This document shows positions 26,240 through 37,669 of a stretch of 64,000 nt of DNA, piece after piece. The position numbers were made by a program, and so were the translations under genes. Numbering within the stretch: position 1 is the first letter of the stretch; the number at the start of each line of letters is the position of its first letter. Source of the stretch: Mobula hypostoma (taxonomy: Eukaryota); contig NC_086098.1 in the NCBI RefSeq assembly GCF_963921235.1, positions 4,278,001 to 4,342,000 of the forward strand, read 5' to 3'. Under the pieces are notes generated by a model, which was given only the letters and a program-made list of their open reading frames with translations, was not told where the DNA came from and searched no databases.

Positions 26240-27290
26240 TAAGACCATAAGACCATAACTTATAGCAGAAGTAGGCTATTTGGCCCATCAGGTCTGCTCC
26301 TTCGCCCCGTAACCCTTCATGCCCTGACCATCAAGAATCTATCAACCTCAGCCTTAAATATGCATAAAGACTTGGCCTCCACGGCTGCCTGTGGCAAAGA
26401 ACTCCACAGATTCACCACTCTCTGGCTAAAGAAATTCCTCCATATCCGTTCTAAAAGGACACCCCTGTGTTCTGAGGTTGTGTCCTCTGGTCTTATACTC
26501 TCCCACCACAGGAAATATCCTCTCCACATCCACTCTATCAAGGCCTTTTACCATTCAATAGGTTTCAATGAGGTCACCCCTCATTCTTCTGAATTCTAGT
26601 GAATAAAGGCCCAGAGCCATCAAACACATTTCATATGACAAGCCTAAAATAATTTTCATGAACCTCCTTTGAACCCTCTCCAGTTTCAGCACATATTTTA
26701 TAAGATAGGGGGCCCAAAGCTGCTCACAATACTCCAAGTAAGGCATTACATCCTTACTTTTGTATTCTAGTCCCCTTGAAATGAATGTTAACATTGCATT
26801 TGCCTTCCTCACCAGAGTCAACCTGTATACTAACCTAGGGCATCCTGCACAAGGACTCCCAAGTCCCCTTGCACTTCAATTTTTCTGTATTTTCTCTCCA
26901 TGTAGAAAATAGTCAACCCTTTCATTTCTTCTACCAAAGTGCATGACCATACACTTCTTGACACTGTATTCCATCTGCCATTTCTCTGACCATTCTCCGA
27001 ATCTGTTTAAGCCCTTCTGTAGCCTCTCTACTTCCTCAAAACTACCTGCCCCTCCACCTATCTTCATATCATCTGCAAACTTTGCAACAAGCCATCAATT
27101 GTATCATACAAATTACCGACATAAAATATAAAAAGAACTGGTCCCAACTCAAACCCCTGTGGAACACCACTAGTCACCAGCAGCCAGACAGAAAAGGTTC
27201 CCTTCATTCCCACTCTTTGCCTCCTGTCAATCAGCCACTGCTTTATCATGCTGGAATCGTTCCTTTCATAATAGGCTCGTAGCCCATTTA
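26240..27290 (-). mobile_element. CR1 LINE RT/3' fragment
   Basis: SGVPQG, WQMEYSVKKC, LEYCEQLWAP, FFSQRVVNLW. Confidence 0.9.
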
Positions 27291-27869
27291 AACCTCTGCG
27301 TTGACCACAATGTGGCAGATGTGTGTTCATGGCAGCTTAGATCTGAGAGGAAATCTGACAGAAGTTTATAAAATTATCAGAAGTAAAGATGGAGTAGATA
27401 GACAGCATCTTTTTCCCAGGATGGAAATGTCTAATACCAGGGGCATGTAATTAGGTAAGGTTGGCGGTGGGTGGGGGGGGGGGGTGTTATTTCAAAGGAG
27501 GTGTGAGGGGCAACTTTTTTTTAAACAGAGAGTGGAGGGTGCCTGGAATGTTCTGCCTGGGGTGGTGATAGAGACATTTAGCAATATTTAGCAACAATTG
27601 GATAGGCACTTGAAAGTGAGGAATGTGGAAGGATAGGGACGCTGTGCAGGCAGAAGAGATTAGATCAGTTGGCTATTTGATTATTGATTTAATTGGATCA
27701 GCACAACATTGTGGGCTGAAGGCCCTGTTCCTGTGCTGTATGCCCATGGAACTGTTGATCCCGGGTTTCTGATTTGGGAAGACCCCGTCCAGTCTCTGGG
27801 GATCAACATCCTCAATGCACTTCCAGATGAAACTCGTGACCCCATCCGTAAACTCGGAGGCACCCTCGT

Positions 27870-28905
27870 CAAGGAAGAAGGAGGGGGAGAATAGAGGGAG
27901 AAGGAGTGGTGGGAAGGAGGGGGGAGAAGGAGTGGTGGGAAGGAGAGGGGAGGGAGTGGGAGAGGAGGGGGAGGGGGATGAAGAAGAGGGGAAGAAGGAG
28001 GGGGAGAATAGAGGGAGAAGGAGGGGGGAGAAGGAGGGGGGAGAAGGAGTGGTGGGAAGGAGAGGGGAGGGAGTGGGAGAGTGAGGGGGAGGGGATGAAG
28101 GAGAGGGGAAGGAGGGAGGGGGAGAAGGAGGGGGAGAATAGAGGGAGAAGGAGGGGGATGAAGGAGAGGGGAAGGAGGGAGGGGGAGAAGGAGGGGGGAG
28201 AAGGAGTGGTGGGAAGGAGGGGGGAGGGGGAGGGGGATGAAGAAGAGGGGAAGGAGGGAGGGGGAGGAGGAGGGAGGGAATAAAGGTAGAAGGAGGAATA
28301 GAGTTCGAAGGAGGGGGAGAATAGAGGGAGAAGGAGGGGGGAGAAGGAGTGGTGGGAAGGAGTGGTGGGGAGGGGGGAGGGAGTGGGAGAGGGAGGGGGA
28401 GGGGGATGAAGGAGAGGGGAAGGAGGGAGGGGGAGGGAGGGGGAGGGGGAGAAGGAGGGAGGGAATAAAGGTAGAAGGAGGGAGGGGGAGAAGGAGGGAG
28501 GGAATAAAGGTAGAAGGAGGGGGAGTAGAGTTCGAAGGAGGGGGAAAATAGAGGGAGAAGGAGGGGGAGGGGGAGAAGGAGTGGTGGGGAGGAGGGGGGA
28601 GGGAGTGGGAGAGGGAGGGGGAGGGGGATGAAGGAGGGGGAGAATAGAGGGAGAAGGAGGGAGGGAATAAAGGTAGAAGGAGGGGGAGTAGAGTTCGAAG
28701 GAGGGGGGAAATAGAGGGAGAAGGAGGGGGAGGGGGAGAAGGAGTGGTGGGGAGGGGGGGGAGGGAGTGGGAGAGGGAGGGGGGGGGATGAAGGAGGGGG
28801 AGAAGGAGGGGGAGAATAGAGGGAGAAGGAGGGAGGGAATAAAGGTAGAAGGAGGGGGAGTAGAGTTCGAAGGAGGGGGAAAATAGAGGGAGGAGGAGAG
28901 AGAAC
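27870..28905. repeat. About 1-kb GA-rich (polypurine) compound low-complexity array
   Basis: Reshuffled modules gaaggagggggagaatagagg, ggagtggtggg, gggaataaaggtagaagg, gtagagttcgaagg; very few pyrimidines on +. Confidence 0.95.
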
Positions 28906-29231
28906 AGCTTTGTCCATGCACTTGCCTGCAATAACAACTCACTCTCTCACTTGGCACAAAACTGGCACAGGCAGCAACACAATCTCCTTCATGCCAAGCT
29001 CAAACCAAAGTCCACACACCTCCAAATTCCTCAACCTGTTATGCAATTCCTTTTTGGACATTGCTTTATATTTTATTTATTAATGTTGCTTTTTAAATGA
29101 TTACATTAAATCCTAGTATCACACTAAAGACACAACATTGATAACTTTTACATGCGTGCGTGCAAACACTTAACTGAGCACTGACCACAATTTATTAACT
29201 CACTTTCAGGAACTCTACAATTCATGTTCTC

Positions 29232-30077
29232 AGAATTATTTGTTACTATTATTATTACATATTTTTTGTATTTGCACAGTTTGTCTTCTGTCCATTGGTT
29301 GTTGTCAGTCTTTGTGTGCAGTTTTTCATTGATCCTATTGTATTTCTTTGTTCGACTGTGAATGCTGTAAGAAAATTAATCTCAGGGTTGTATATGATAA
29401 CACATACAAACTTTGCTAATAACTTTACTTTGAACTTTGTGTCTGTGTGTCTATCTGTCTGTCTGTCGTCTTCGCCAACTTGTGTCCCGTGCATCCGTCT
29501 TCCCTGCTTTTACCAAAGGTCCAACAGCTTAAAGAACAGAGGTTCTAGTATTTGAATAAACATGACTTAAGTTATTCCATTGGATACAAAGTTATGTCCT
29601 CTCCACTTGCAATGGCCAATTCCTTGCCAGCCACTGCCTCAATACAGTTCTTATCATCCAGTCTTCTCCACTAAATACTCTAGTGAAATTCTATAGATGT
29701 ACCATGGAAAACAGTCTGACTGGTTTCATCACTGCCTGGGATGAAGGGGCCTCTGTACAGTATCAGAAAAAGCTGCTGAAAGTTGCAAACTCATCCAGCT
29801 CTATCACAAGCACAATCCTCCCCACCATCGAAACATCTTCAAAAGTTAATGCTCAGAAAGAATTATTTGTTACTATTATTATTACATATTTTTTGTATTT
29901 GCACAGTTTGTCTTCTGTCCATTGGTTGTTGTCAGTCTTTGTGTGCAGTTTTTCATTGATCCTATTGTATTTCTTTGTTCGACTGTGAATGCTGTAAGAA
30001 AATTAATCTCAGGGTTGTATATGATAACACATACAAACTTTGCTAATAACTTTACTTTGAACTTTGTGTCTGTGTGT
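29232..30077 (+). repeat. Exact 219-bp direct duplication (29232-29450 and 29859-30077)
   Basis: Identical by eye from agaattatttgttact to actttgtgtctgtgtgt; offset 627. Confidence 0.92.
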
Positions 30078-31350
30078 AACCATTGGTAGTAACCCTCACC
30101 ATCAAGGACATGCTCTCTTCTCGTTGGTGCCGTTGAGGAGAAGGTACAGGAGCCTGAAGGTACACACTCAATTGTTCGGAAAGAGTTTCTCCCCATCCAG
30201 CATCAGATTTCTGAGCAGTCCATAAACCCATGAATACAGCCTCATTTTGCTCTATCTTTGGACTATCTATTTTATATTTTTCTTATTGCAATTGATAGTA
30301 ATTTTGAAAGGTATTGAGCTGCGTTGCTGCCGGAAATCAACACATTTCACAACACATGTCAATGATAATAAGCCTGATTCTGATCTATCCCAAGTACAAC
30401 TTCTGCTTCTTCTGCTCTGAGCACCACTGTCTGCCACTCTGAGTACTCCACACACAAACACGCTGCTCTTACCCACTCAACCCCCACACCTCATGCCAGG
30501 CCGTGTTCCTCACTGATTGAAATCCATCTGGAAGTCAGCAATCCTCCTCCATACTGCTGCATCCTTCTTGCAGAAAAGATAACCATGATTGAACTAGTAA
30601 CCACGAGCCTCATCCCTTCCAGTTCTCATTATTTCCAGCATCTTTCTTCCATATCCTACTCACAATTTCCCTAAATCTGAGCTTTTGTTACCTCATTCTG
30701 TCTCATGTCCCACATGCTGCTTCAACCACAGAACCACAAAACCTTTTCTACTTGCTTAAGACCAAAAGATAGAGGAGTAGAATTAAGCAATTCAACCAAT
30801 TGAGACTTTTCTACCATTCCACCATGGCCGATTGATTATCCCCTTCAATCCATTCTCCTGCCTTCTACCCATAATCTTTGATGCCCTGACTAATCAAGAA
30901 ACTATCAATCTCCGCTTGGCCTCTAAACTATCTGTGGAAATTAATTCCACAGATTCACCACCATCAGGCTAAAGAAATTCTACACCATGACTGAATCAGC
31001 TGAATTCTGAGGCTGTGCCCTCTGGTCCCAGGCTCCCCCGAGTATAGGAAACACCCTCTCCACATCCAGTCTGTCTAGGCCTTTCAATATTCAATAGATT
31101 TCAACAAGATCCCCCTTCATTCTTCTAAGCCCCAGCAAGTACAGGCCCAACGCCATCATACGCTCCTGATATGCGAACCAATTAATTCCCAGGATTATTA
31201 ACCAAGAGCCTTCCGATTCAAAATGCCCCTTCTACTCCAGAGAACCTACATAAAGATTGAGCGAGCTAGGGGTTTTCTCTTTGGAGCCAAGGAGGATGAG
31301 GGATGCTTTGACAGAGGTGTATAAGATCATCAGTGACTTATAAAGTCTTA

Positions 31351-34300
31351 CAGTGCTTATAAAATGTATTCCCCCCCCCCAGAAGTTTTCATGTTTTATT
31401 GTTTTACAACATTGAATCTCAGTGGATTTAATTTGTTCTTATTTGACACTGATCAACAGAAAAATACTCTTCTGTGTCAAAGTGAAAACAGATCTCTACA
31501 AAGTGATCCAAATTAATTACAAATATAAAATACAAAATAATTGATTGCATAATTATTCACCCCCTTTAATATGACACACCAAATCATCACTGCTGCAGCC
31601 AATTGGTTTTAGAAGTCACATAATTAGTCAAATGGAGATCACTGTGTGCAGTCAAGGTGTTTCAATTGATTGTAGTAAAAATGCACCTGGATCTGGAATG
31701 TTCAACTGCAGGTGAGTCAGTATCCTGGCAAAAACTACACTATGAAGACAAAAGAACCCATCAAGCAACTTTGTAAAAGGGTATTGAGAACTCCAAGTCA
31801 GGAGATGGATACAAGAACATTTCCAAGTTACTGAATATCTCTTGGAGTACAGTTAAGTCAATCATCAAGAAATGGAAAGAACATGCCACAGCTGTAAATC
31901 TGCCTAGAGCAGGCTGTCCTCAAAAACTGAGTGACTGTGCAAGAAGGGGACTAGTGAAGGAGGTCACCAAGAGACCGATGACAACTCTGGAGTTGTTATA
32001 AGCTTCAGTGCTGAGATGGGAGAGACCGTGCGTACAACAACTGTTGCCTGGGTGCTTCACCAATCACAGCTTTATGGAAGAGTGGCAAAGAGATAGCCAC
32101 TATTGAAAAACTCACATGAAATCTCAGCTAGATTTTGCCAGAAGGCATGTGGAAGACCCTGAAGTCAGCTGGAAGAAGGTTCTATGGTCTGATGAAGCCA
32201 AAATTGAGCTTTTTGACCATCAGACTGAATACTGCTTGGCATAAGCACATCATCCAAAACACATCATCCATACCGTGAAGCATGGTGATCAGAATGCTTC
32301 ACTGCAGCAGGCCCTGGAAGGCTTGTGAAGGTAGCGGGTATAATGAATGCAACAAAATACAGCGAAATACAGCACTTTTTAAAAAAGTAGGGAGAGAGAA
32401 ACCGGGGAATTATAGACCGGTTAGCCTAATGTCGGTGGTGGGGAAACTGCTGGAGTCAGTTATCAAAGATGTGATAACAGCACATTTGGAAAGCGGTCAA
32501 ATCATTGGACAAAGTCAGCATGGATTTGTGAAAGGAAAATCATGTCTGATGAATCTCATAGAATTTTTTGAGGATGTAACTAGTACGGTGGATAGGGGAG
32601 AACCAGTGGATGTGGTATATTTGGATTTTCAAAAGGCTTTTGACAAGGTCCCACACAGGAGATTAGTGTGCAAACTTAAAGCACATGGTATTGGGGGAAA
32701 GGGATTGATGTGGATGGAGAATTGGTTGGCAGAAGGAAGCAAAGAGTGGGAATAAACGGGACCTTTTCAGAATGGCAGGCGGTGACTAGTGGGGTACCAC
32801 AAGGCTCAGTGCTGGGACCCCAGTTGTTTACAATATATATTAATGACTTGGATGAGGGAATTAAATGCAGCATCTCCAAGTTTGCGGATGACACGAAGCT
32901 GGGTGGCAGTGTTAGCTGTGAGGAGGATGCTAAGAGGATGCAGAGCGACTTGGATAGGTTGGGTGAGTGGGCAAATTCATGGCAGATGCAATTTAATATG
33001 GATAAATGTGAAGTTATCCACTTTGGTGGCAAAAATAGGAAAACAGATTATTATCTGAATGGTGGCTGATTAGGAAAAGGGGAGGTGCAACGAGACCTGG
33101 GTGTCATTATACATCAGTCATTGAAAGTGGGCATGCAGGTACAGCAGGCGGTGAAAAAGGCGAATGGTATGCTGGCATTTATAGCGAGAGGATTCGAGTA
33201 CAGGAGCAGGGAGGTACTACTGCAGTTGTACAAGGCCTTGGTGAGACCACACCTGGAGTATTGTGCGCAGTTTTGGTCCCCTAATCTGAGGAAAGACATC
33301 CTTGCCATAGAGGGAGTACAAAGAAGGTTCACCAGATTGATTCCTGGGATGGCAGGACTTTCATATGAAGAAAGACTGGATGAACTGGGCTTGTACTCGT
33401 TGGAATTTAGAAGATTGAGGGGGGATCTGATTGAAACGTATAAAATCCTAAAGGGATTGGACAGGCTAGATGCAGGAAGATTGTTCCCGATGTTGGGGAA
33501 GTCCAGAACAAGGGGTCACAGTTTGAGGATAAAGGGGAAGCCTTTTAGGACCGAGATTAGGAAAAACTTCTTCACACAGAGAGTGGTGAATCTGTGGAAT
33601 TCTCTGCCACAGGAAACAGTTGAGGCCAGTTCATTGGCTATATTTAAGAGGGAGTTAGATATGGCCCTTGTGGCTACGGGGATCAAGGGGTATGGAGGGA
33701 AGGCTGGGGCGGGGTTCTGAGTTGGATGATCAGCCATGATCATAATAAATGGCGGTGCAGGCTCGAAGGGCCGAATGGCCTACTCCTGCACCTATTTTCT
33801 ATGTTTCTATGAAATCCTGGAGGAAACCCTAATGCAGTCTGCAAGAGAACTGTGATTTGGGAGAAAATTTGTTTTGCAGCAAAAAAATGACCCCAAGCAT
33901 AAAGCCAAAGCTACACAGCAATGGCTCAAAAAGTTAATGTCCTGGAGTGGCCAAGTCAGATTCCAGGCCTCAATCCAATTGAGAATTTGTGGCTGGACTT
34001 AAAGGGCTGTTCACTCATGAACCCCATGCAATCTGACAGAACTTGAGCAGTTCTGTAAAGGAGAATGGGGAAAAATTGCAGAGTCCAGAAATGCAAAGCT
34101 GATAGAGACCTAACCACATAGACTCAAGGCTGTAATTGCCGCCAAAGTTGCATCTGCTAAATACTGATTTGAAGGAGGTGAATACTTATACAATCAATTA
34201 TTTTGTGTTTTGTATTTGGAATTAATTTAGATCACTTTGTAGAGATCTGTTTTCACTTTGACACAAGAGACTTTTCCTATTGATCAGTGTCAAAAAAGCC

Positions 34301-34366
34301 AAATTAAATTGAAAATAAAACACAAAAACTTCTGGGGGGGGGGGTGAATACTTTTTATAGGCACTT
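31351..34366 (+). mobile_element. Tc1-like transposon with about 200-bp TIRs, defective, interrupted by a CR1
   Basis: TA|CAGTGCTTATAAAATGTATTCCCC ... GGGGTGAATACTTTTTATAGGCACT; KSGDGYKNISKLLNISWSTVKSIIKKWKE, LWSDEAKIE, NPIENLW. Confidence 0.93.
32369..33810 (+). mobile_element. Young 5'-truncated CR1 with 5-bp TSD GAAAT
   Basis: [29 protein letters not shown]; tail ttttctatgtttctat; gaaat at 32364-32368 and 33811-33815. Confidence 0.93.
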
Positions 34367-35342
34367 CAAATAGCCAGCACATTTTTCCCAGGGTGGCAAT
34401 GGCTTTTACCAAAGGACATCCTTTCAAAATGAGTGGATGAAAGTATAGGATAGATAAATATCAGAGATAGGTTTTTATTTTACACAGGTGCTTGGTAGGC
34501 ATTACTGTGGTTGGTGTTAGAAACAGATACATTAGGGACATATGAGAGACTCTTAGATAGGCATGTGGATGAAAGAAAAGGGAGGGTTATGGCCTAAGCA
34601 AGCGCAAAGGATCAAATTGATCATAGTTGGTTAAAACATCAACAGCACCTTCCGTGCTATAGCATTCCAGAGCATAGACCGTAACAGCACAAGACAGGCC
34701 CTTCATGCTGAATTTTAAGATCAATCTAACCCTTCCCTCCCACATACAGTAGCCCTCCATTTTCCTATCATCCATGCGCCTATCTAAAAGTCTCTGTCCC
34801 CAATATATCTACCTCTCCCACCACCCCTGGCAGGACATTCCATACACTATGTTCTATGTTTTGTGTTCGATGTTAAATAGGAATTTGTGTTCAAGGAAGG
34901 AAAGCATAACTGCAGGTTGAAGGCAGTCAGCAAGGATTAAATGTGTTTATAAGTAACATGCATTATGAGGAAGAAGCCTTGGGAAGAATTGTCACATTAA
35001 GAAAAGTTGTGTTATCAGGATATGTTGAGCAGGCTGGAGATATATTAGGGCTTTCCCCTTTGTAATGAAGGAGGTTGAGACGTGACTTGTTAGAGGTGTT
35101 CAAGATGGTAAAAACATCCAATGAGCGGACAGCCAGAGAGATTTTCCCAGGATGGAAATGGCTAACATGAGTGAACATAATTGGAGGAAAGTATAAGAGG
35201 GATTTCAGAGGTAAATCTTTTACACAGAGAGTGCATGGAACGCACTGCTGGGAGAGGTAGAGGCAGATACGTTAGAGACATTCAAGAAACTCTTAGAAAG
35301 GCATATGGACGAAAGAAAAATGGAGGGCTATGTGAGAGGGAA

Positions 35343-35630
35343 GTGTGGCACGTGGCCAAGTGCCAAGTGGTTAGCATGTTGGGCTCACAACTTGAAGGTC
35401 ATGGGTTTGAGTCTTGTCCAAGGCAGCGTGTTGTGTCTTTGAGCAAGGCACTTAACCACACACTGGTAAATGGGTACCAGCAAATGCTGGAGGTTAACCT
35501 CACAATAGACTGGCGTCCTATCCGGGGTGGGGGGGGGGGTAGTCTCGTACTCTCAGTCGCTTCACGCCACAGAAACAGGCATAAGCGCCGACCTGATGGG
35601 CCAGAAGGCTTGGGACAGACTTTAACTAAA
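35343..35630 (+). mobile_element. tRNA-derived SINE, possibly MetaSINE/SlmI-like, inserted in a CR1 3' UTR
   Basis: A/B-box-like head, tgtgtctttgagcaaggcacttaa core, then gtaaatgggtacc...gactggcgtcctatccgggg...gcttcacgccacagaaacagg. Family assignment is from memory. Confidence 0.65.
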
Positions 35631-36842
35631 ATGTAAAAAGGAAGGGTTAGATTGATCTTGAGTAGGTAAAAAGGACAGCACACAAATGTGGGCTGAAGGG
35701 CCTGTATGGTGCTGTACTCTTTGATTTTCTATTATTGATGGCTCTGATTGCAATAAAAATGCATTTGATCTAAAAGCTTGCTTTTGCTATTCCTATGTAT
35801 GAGAGGGATGTGGAGGGCTATGGGCCCTGGGCCCTGGGCAGATCAATGAAACTCAGCAGAATAACAGTTTGGCACAGACGAGGTGTGTTCAAAGGCCTGT
35901 TTCCGTGCTGTAATGTTCTGTGACTCTACCACGGTAGACGCGTTTCGCATTTCACTTCTCATGAGTAGCAGTGAACTCACAGCAAAATCAGTTAGTAGTC
36001 ACATCTTTGAAAGGATAAATGCACACACTAGCAGTTTTGAACACCAGAAGGATAAATATAAAGACATTGATGAATTACTCCGATGAAAGATTCATGCTCT
36101 GCTCCGAAATTGTTAATGCCACTACTGGGTTTCAATTGAGCAGATGAAGTCAGGATTAGAAAAAATGTGGCATTGGATGAATTACTTTCACATGAAACCT
36201 TTCAGAAAGCACCCTTCAAGGTCGTTGATAATTTCTTGTCTCCTTCAGCAAATAAAGAAGAAAACTCATCATAGATCAAACACTACTTGTTCTGCAGAAG
36301 GAATAACTAGAAAAGTCAGGCAGATTTACCTCATTTAAATTTTATTAATTCAATAAAAGATCAGAATACATTCTACTTAAAATCAAATTATGATGTCAAA
36401 GAACTAAAAATCTCTTCAGTTTAAGGAAAATTTCAAAATCATTCTATTAATTAAACGTAGAAATTGAATAACCTGGTGTGAAGCTCATGAATACTGATCA
36501 TTATCTCTGTATAACACATATCTAAACAAGCCACAAGATATCCAAATATTCACCTGTGCTCTCAATAATATCTTTATTAACCTGATTCAAGACGAAATTT
36601 CATAGGGAATCATAAACACAGGAGATTCTACATATCCCGAGAAATACACACAAAACACTGGAGGCACTCAGCCGTTCAGGCAGCATCTACAAAGCGAAAT
36701 AAACAGTGGACGTTTCGGGCCAAGACCCTTCATAAGGAGTTGTTTGTGGGATTAAATATTTTCTCAAAAGGTACCTCAGAATTAATCTGAGTTACTGTTT
36801 GAGGAAATATTTCTTAAGCCAACAGTATCTGATTTTACATTA

Positions 36843-37465
36843 CGAGGGGCGATTGATAAGTTCGTGGCCTAAGGTAGAAGGAGTCAATTTTAGAAAACCT
36901 AGCACATTTATTTTTCCTACATTTACACACTTAGTCCAGCAGTTGTGGAGCATATGGATCCCTTCTTTGTAGAAGTTGGCATCTTGGATCTCCAGAAGAG
37001 GTCCACAGCAGGGGTGATTGATAAGTTTGTGGCCTAAGGTAGAAGGAGATGAGTTATTAACTTCAAACTTTCTGCATTTTCACTCAAAGAGTTGAACTGC
37101 ACGTGCATGTAATTAGAGCTGTATAACTCATCTCCTTCTCCCTTAGGCCATAAACTTATCAATCACCCCTGCTGTGGACCAGCTGGAGGTCCAAGACACT
37201 CGCCTTACATGCACATGCAGTTCAACACTTTGAGTGATAATGCAGAAAGTTTGAAGTTAATAACTCATCTCCTTCTACCCTGGGCCACAAACTTATCAAT
37301 CACCCCTGCTGTGGACCACTTCTACAAAGAAGGGATCCGTATGCTCCACGACCGCTGGACTAAGTGTGTACATGTAGGAGGGGACTATGTTGAAAAATAA
37401 ATGTGCTAGGTTTTCTAAAATTGACTCCTTCTACCTTCAGCTGTGAACTTATCAATCACCCCTCG
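36843..37465. mobile_element. Palindromic mariner-derived MITE, second copy, TA TSD
   Basis: TA|CGAGGGG...CCCCTCG|TA; encodes FYKEGIRMLHDRWTKCVHVGGDYVEK*, a typical mariner transposase C-terminus. Confidence 0.9.
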
Positions 37466-37669
37466 TATTGTGGTATGGTTTCATCAATTCCACAGACAAC
37501 CGAAAAAGATATCAGTTTTTCAATTTACAAACTCCTTTGTACCTAAGGCCAAATTGCCATTTTCTTTCTTAACTTATTGTCAGACCTGCCTGCTACCGTT
37601 CAGTGATTCCTGCACGAGGACACTGGATCACTCTGACCCACTCATTTGTAATCTAGCTCCTTTTAAACC

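Noticed and set aside
27673..28957. Three long Pro/Ser/Leu-rich ORFs (362-418 aa), one starting MPSERV like the KLHL32 N-terminus
   Set aside because: Stop-free translation of the GA-rich repeat in all three frames. The MPSER start is a GTG, lies downstream of the first BTB exon, and is coincidental.
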